From Okamejei kenojei (Eukaryota), in assembly GCA_035221665.1 (NCBI GenBank), contig CM069135.1, positions 23,808,001 to 23,872,000 of the forward strand: a stretch of 64,000 nt of DNA, in the 5' to 3' direction. The notes under the pieces were generated by a model, which made no database searches, was not told the DNA's origin, and saw only the letters and a list, made by a program, of their open reading frames with translations. The translations under genes were made by a program, and so were the position numbers. Shown here piece after piece: positions 61,861 through 64,000 of the stretch. Position 1 is the first letter of the stretch. Each line of letters opens with the position of its first letter.

Positions 61861-62589
61861 CAAAACTCTTCCTTTGGTAAGCCAGTTCTGAATCCTTACG
61901 ACCAAATATTGTTACTCCTATGCATTTTAGTCTTCTAGCCTACCATGGGGGACTTCATCAAATGTCTTACTAAACTCCATGTCGACAACATCCACCCTTA
62001 AATTACAAGAATGATCTTTAAAGACAGTGAATTAAATTATAGGTTATAATAATCATCACAAACAATTAGGGAGTTCAATTCTCTAGCAAATAAGAGAAAG
62101 AGGGAAAATCTATAAATTGGACTTGGCCTTAAGAAAAGGTTCAACAGGGTGAGGAAGATATGGTGCAAAAATTAAAACTACACAGCATGGATACAATAAT
62201 TCAGCAAAAACGCACGAGGAACATCTTCCCCAGATCGGGGCAAGATTACTACCCAAAATTTGCTACCCAAATGAATTAGTTGAGACAACGAGCCTTGACC
62301 AATTAGGAGTGCTAAGCCAGTATTTGAGGGAGAAGGAACAGGAGAGATGAAGTCAGATGGGAGATTTATGTGGAGCATAAAATACCTGCCTAGAACACTT
62401 GGGTTCAATATCATGAAGCTATATGGTACACCTTTTGTATTATAGTAGGTGTTCACTTATGAAACTCCACGCTAGTGGTGCACATTCATAAGTACCAAGA
62501 CACTCAACATAAAGAGCAATATCATGTGCAATATGTGCACAAAAAGTCCTGACTGGGAAGTTAAATATATACATCTTAAATTTTGCTAC

Positions 62590-62725
62590 CTTGTTTTTTG
62601 TTGCCTTCCGCTTGTCACCTCCTTCTTCTGAATGTCGCCGATGCCGTTTTTCCTTGTGGTGTTTCTTGCCATGTCTGTGACTTCTACTGGCCTCACCCTC
62701 ATCCAACAACAGCTCATATTTGGAG
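62590..62725 (-). CDS. PPIL4: PPIL4 penultimate exon
   Basis: SKYELLLDEGEASRSHRHGKKHHKEKRHRRHSEE, similar to human KYDLILDEQAEDSKSSHSHTSKKHKKKTHHCSEE. cag acceptor, gtagca donor; ends in phase 0, matching the next exon. Confidence 0.78.
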
Positions 62726-64000
62726 CTGGGGTTTTTATGTTAAGGAACAATTGTTATAAGTGCTGCTATACATTTCTAAGGAAGAATTTAGTGTTTGATT
62801 GAAATCAGGCACTTGATGACGGGGGAAAATCTAGCCCATGCCCTCCAGATCTTCCCATCATGAATTTGCTTTGGTTTCATTCAAAAGTGCTAAATTAGTT
62901 TTGTCTGGTGATAATAAGTACATCAAACTTTAATATATATGATCTTTATTAAATCTATTTTTCCACATAATATTTGCAATATTAATCCATCCCTGGACTG
63001 TTTTACCATGATTTGATTATAACGAATGCTAAAACATCCCAAAGATCAGCTACCCAATGATGAGATCACTGGCCACACTCCACCAAATTCTTACTTCCTG
63101 TAACTGTGGCAAGATTGAAGTCTAGGAAATCGCTCAAAAACATGATTTTTTTAAAACATGATTTTCTAACCGAGAAGAACTGTGCATTTTATAAACTAAT
63201 GCGGGGTTAAGAGAAGTCCCATGTATAATGACTCGAGTATATGGGTATTTAATTTTTCATTATTTTTGATTACTTTGTGTGCATTAAAATAGGAATTGAG
63301 TGCATTTAAAATAGGAATACCGCAGCTGATCAGGTAAACAGGGGGAGTGGGGATACACATCCTAACAGGTAGCCCAGTGGTCAGGCTTTCCATTCAGCTT
63401 CTCAGCAAGGGGTGGGCTGGGAATCAGAGGCAGACTGAAACCAAATGCCCAGGACAGGAATCATAATTAAAATCAATGTACTGCAGATGGCAAGTCTGAA
63501 TTAAAAAAAACATTCTGTAAATACTGAGGTCAGCAGTTTCCATGAAAGAGAAAAACAGATCTGGCACATTAACTCTGATACTCTTTCCAAATATGCTGTC
63601 CTATTGAGTATTTTCCAATATGCAGGAGGGGCTGGTCCCATCCCCAATCTTTCCAAACAGACACATGGAAGGATTTTATTCAGATGAGATTATTTTTAAA
63701 CATAATAATCAATAAACAGAACCTATAATTCGTGAAATCCAGTATATCAGCAGGTGCAATACTGCACAAGCTTCAAATATTCCTTAAAAATAAATAATCT
63801 AAATTCTCATAATTTCCCCACATTTTTAATTATTATTTTTTTAAAAACTAAAACGTGGAAAAGTCTGAAACATCATGGGCCAATCTTTTGTTTAAGGTTT
63901 TTCCAGCACTTAACTGGGTGGAAATTCAGGATTCCTCAGTGCAACTTGCACTGCAGCTTGTCACACACGTTATGTGCCAGATCCAGGACACATGCACTGT

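Overview
Vertebrate nuclear DNA, most likely a cartilaginous fish (skate or ray), judged from its CR1/HER1-type LINEs, HE1-like V-SINEs and Penelope-like repeats. Four spliced genes can be rebuilt from GT-AG exons with consistent phases. They are the 5' part of SHPRH (minus strand, 4 coding exons, running off the left edge), a complete NUP43 (plus, 8 exons, about 366 aa), a complete LATS1 (plus, 7 coding exons, about 1159 aa) and the last two exons of PPIL4 (minus). SHPRH and NUP43 sit head-to-head on a very compact shared promoter, and PPIL4 converges on LATS1; both arrangements differ from the human order. Introns and intergenic DNA are dense with transposon remnants: CR1, L2, Rex1/Babar-like, V-SINE, a hAT MITE and a TAG-terminated TIR element, several of them nested. 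The most notable non-genic signal is a dispersed ~130-170 bp repeat, present in more than a dozen degraded copies. Its consensus CTGAAGA-AGGGTCTCGACCC-GAAACGTC matches a minimal, dimer-type hammerhead ribozyme core, and one copy is joined to a Penelope GIY-YIG C-terminal remnant. Gene and repeat-family calls come from recognition by eye, not from database searches.
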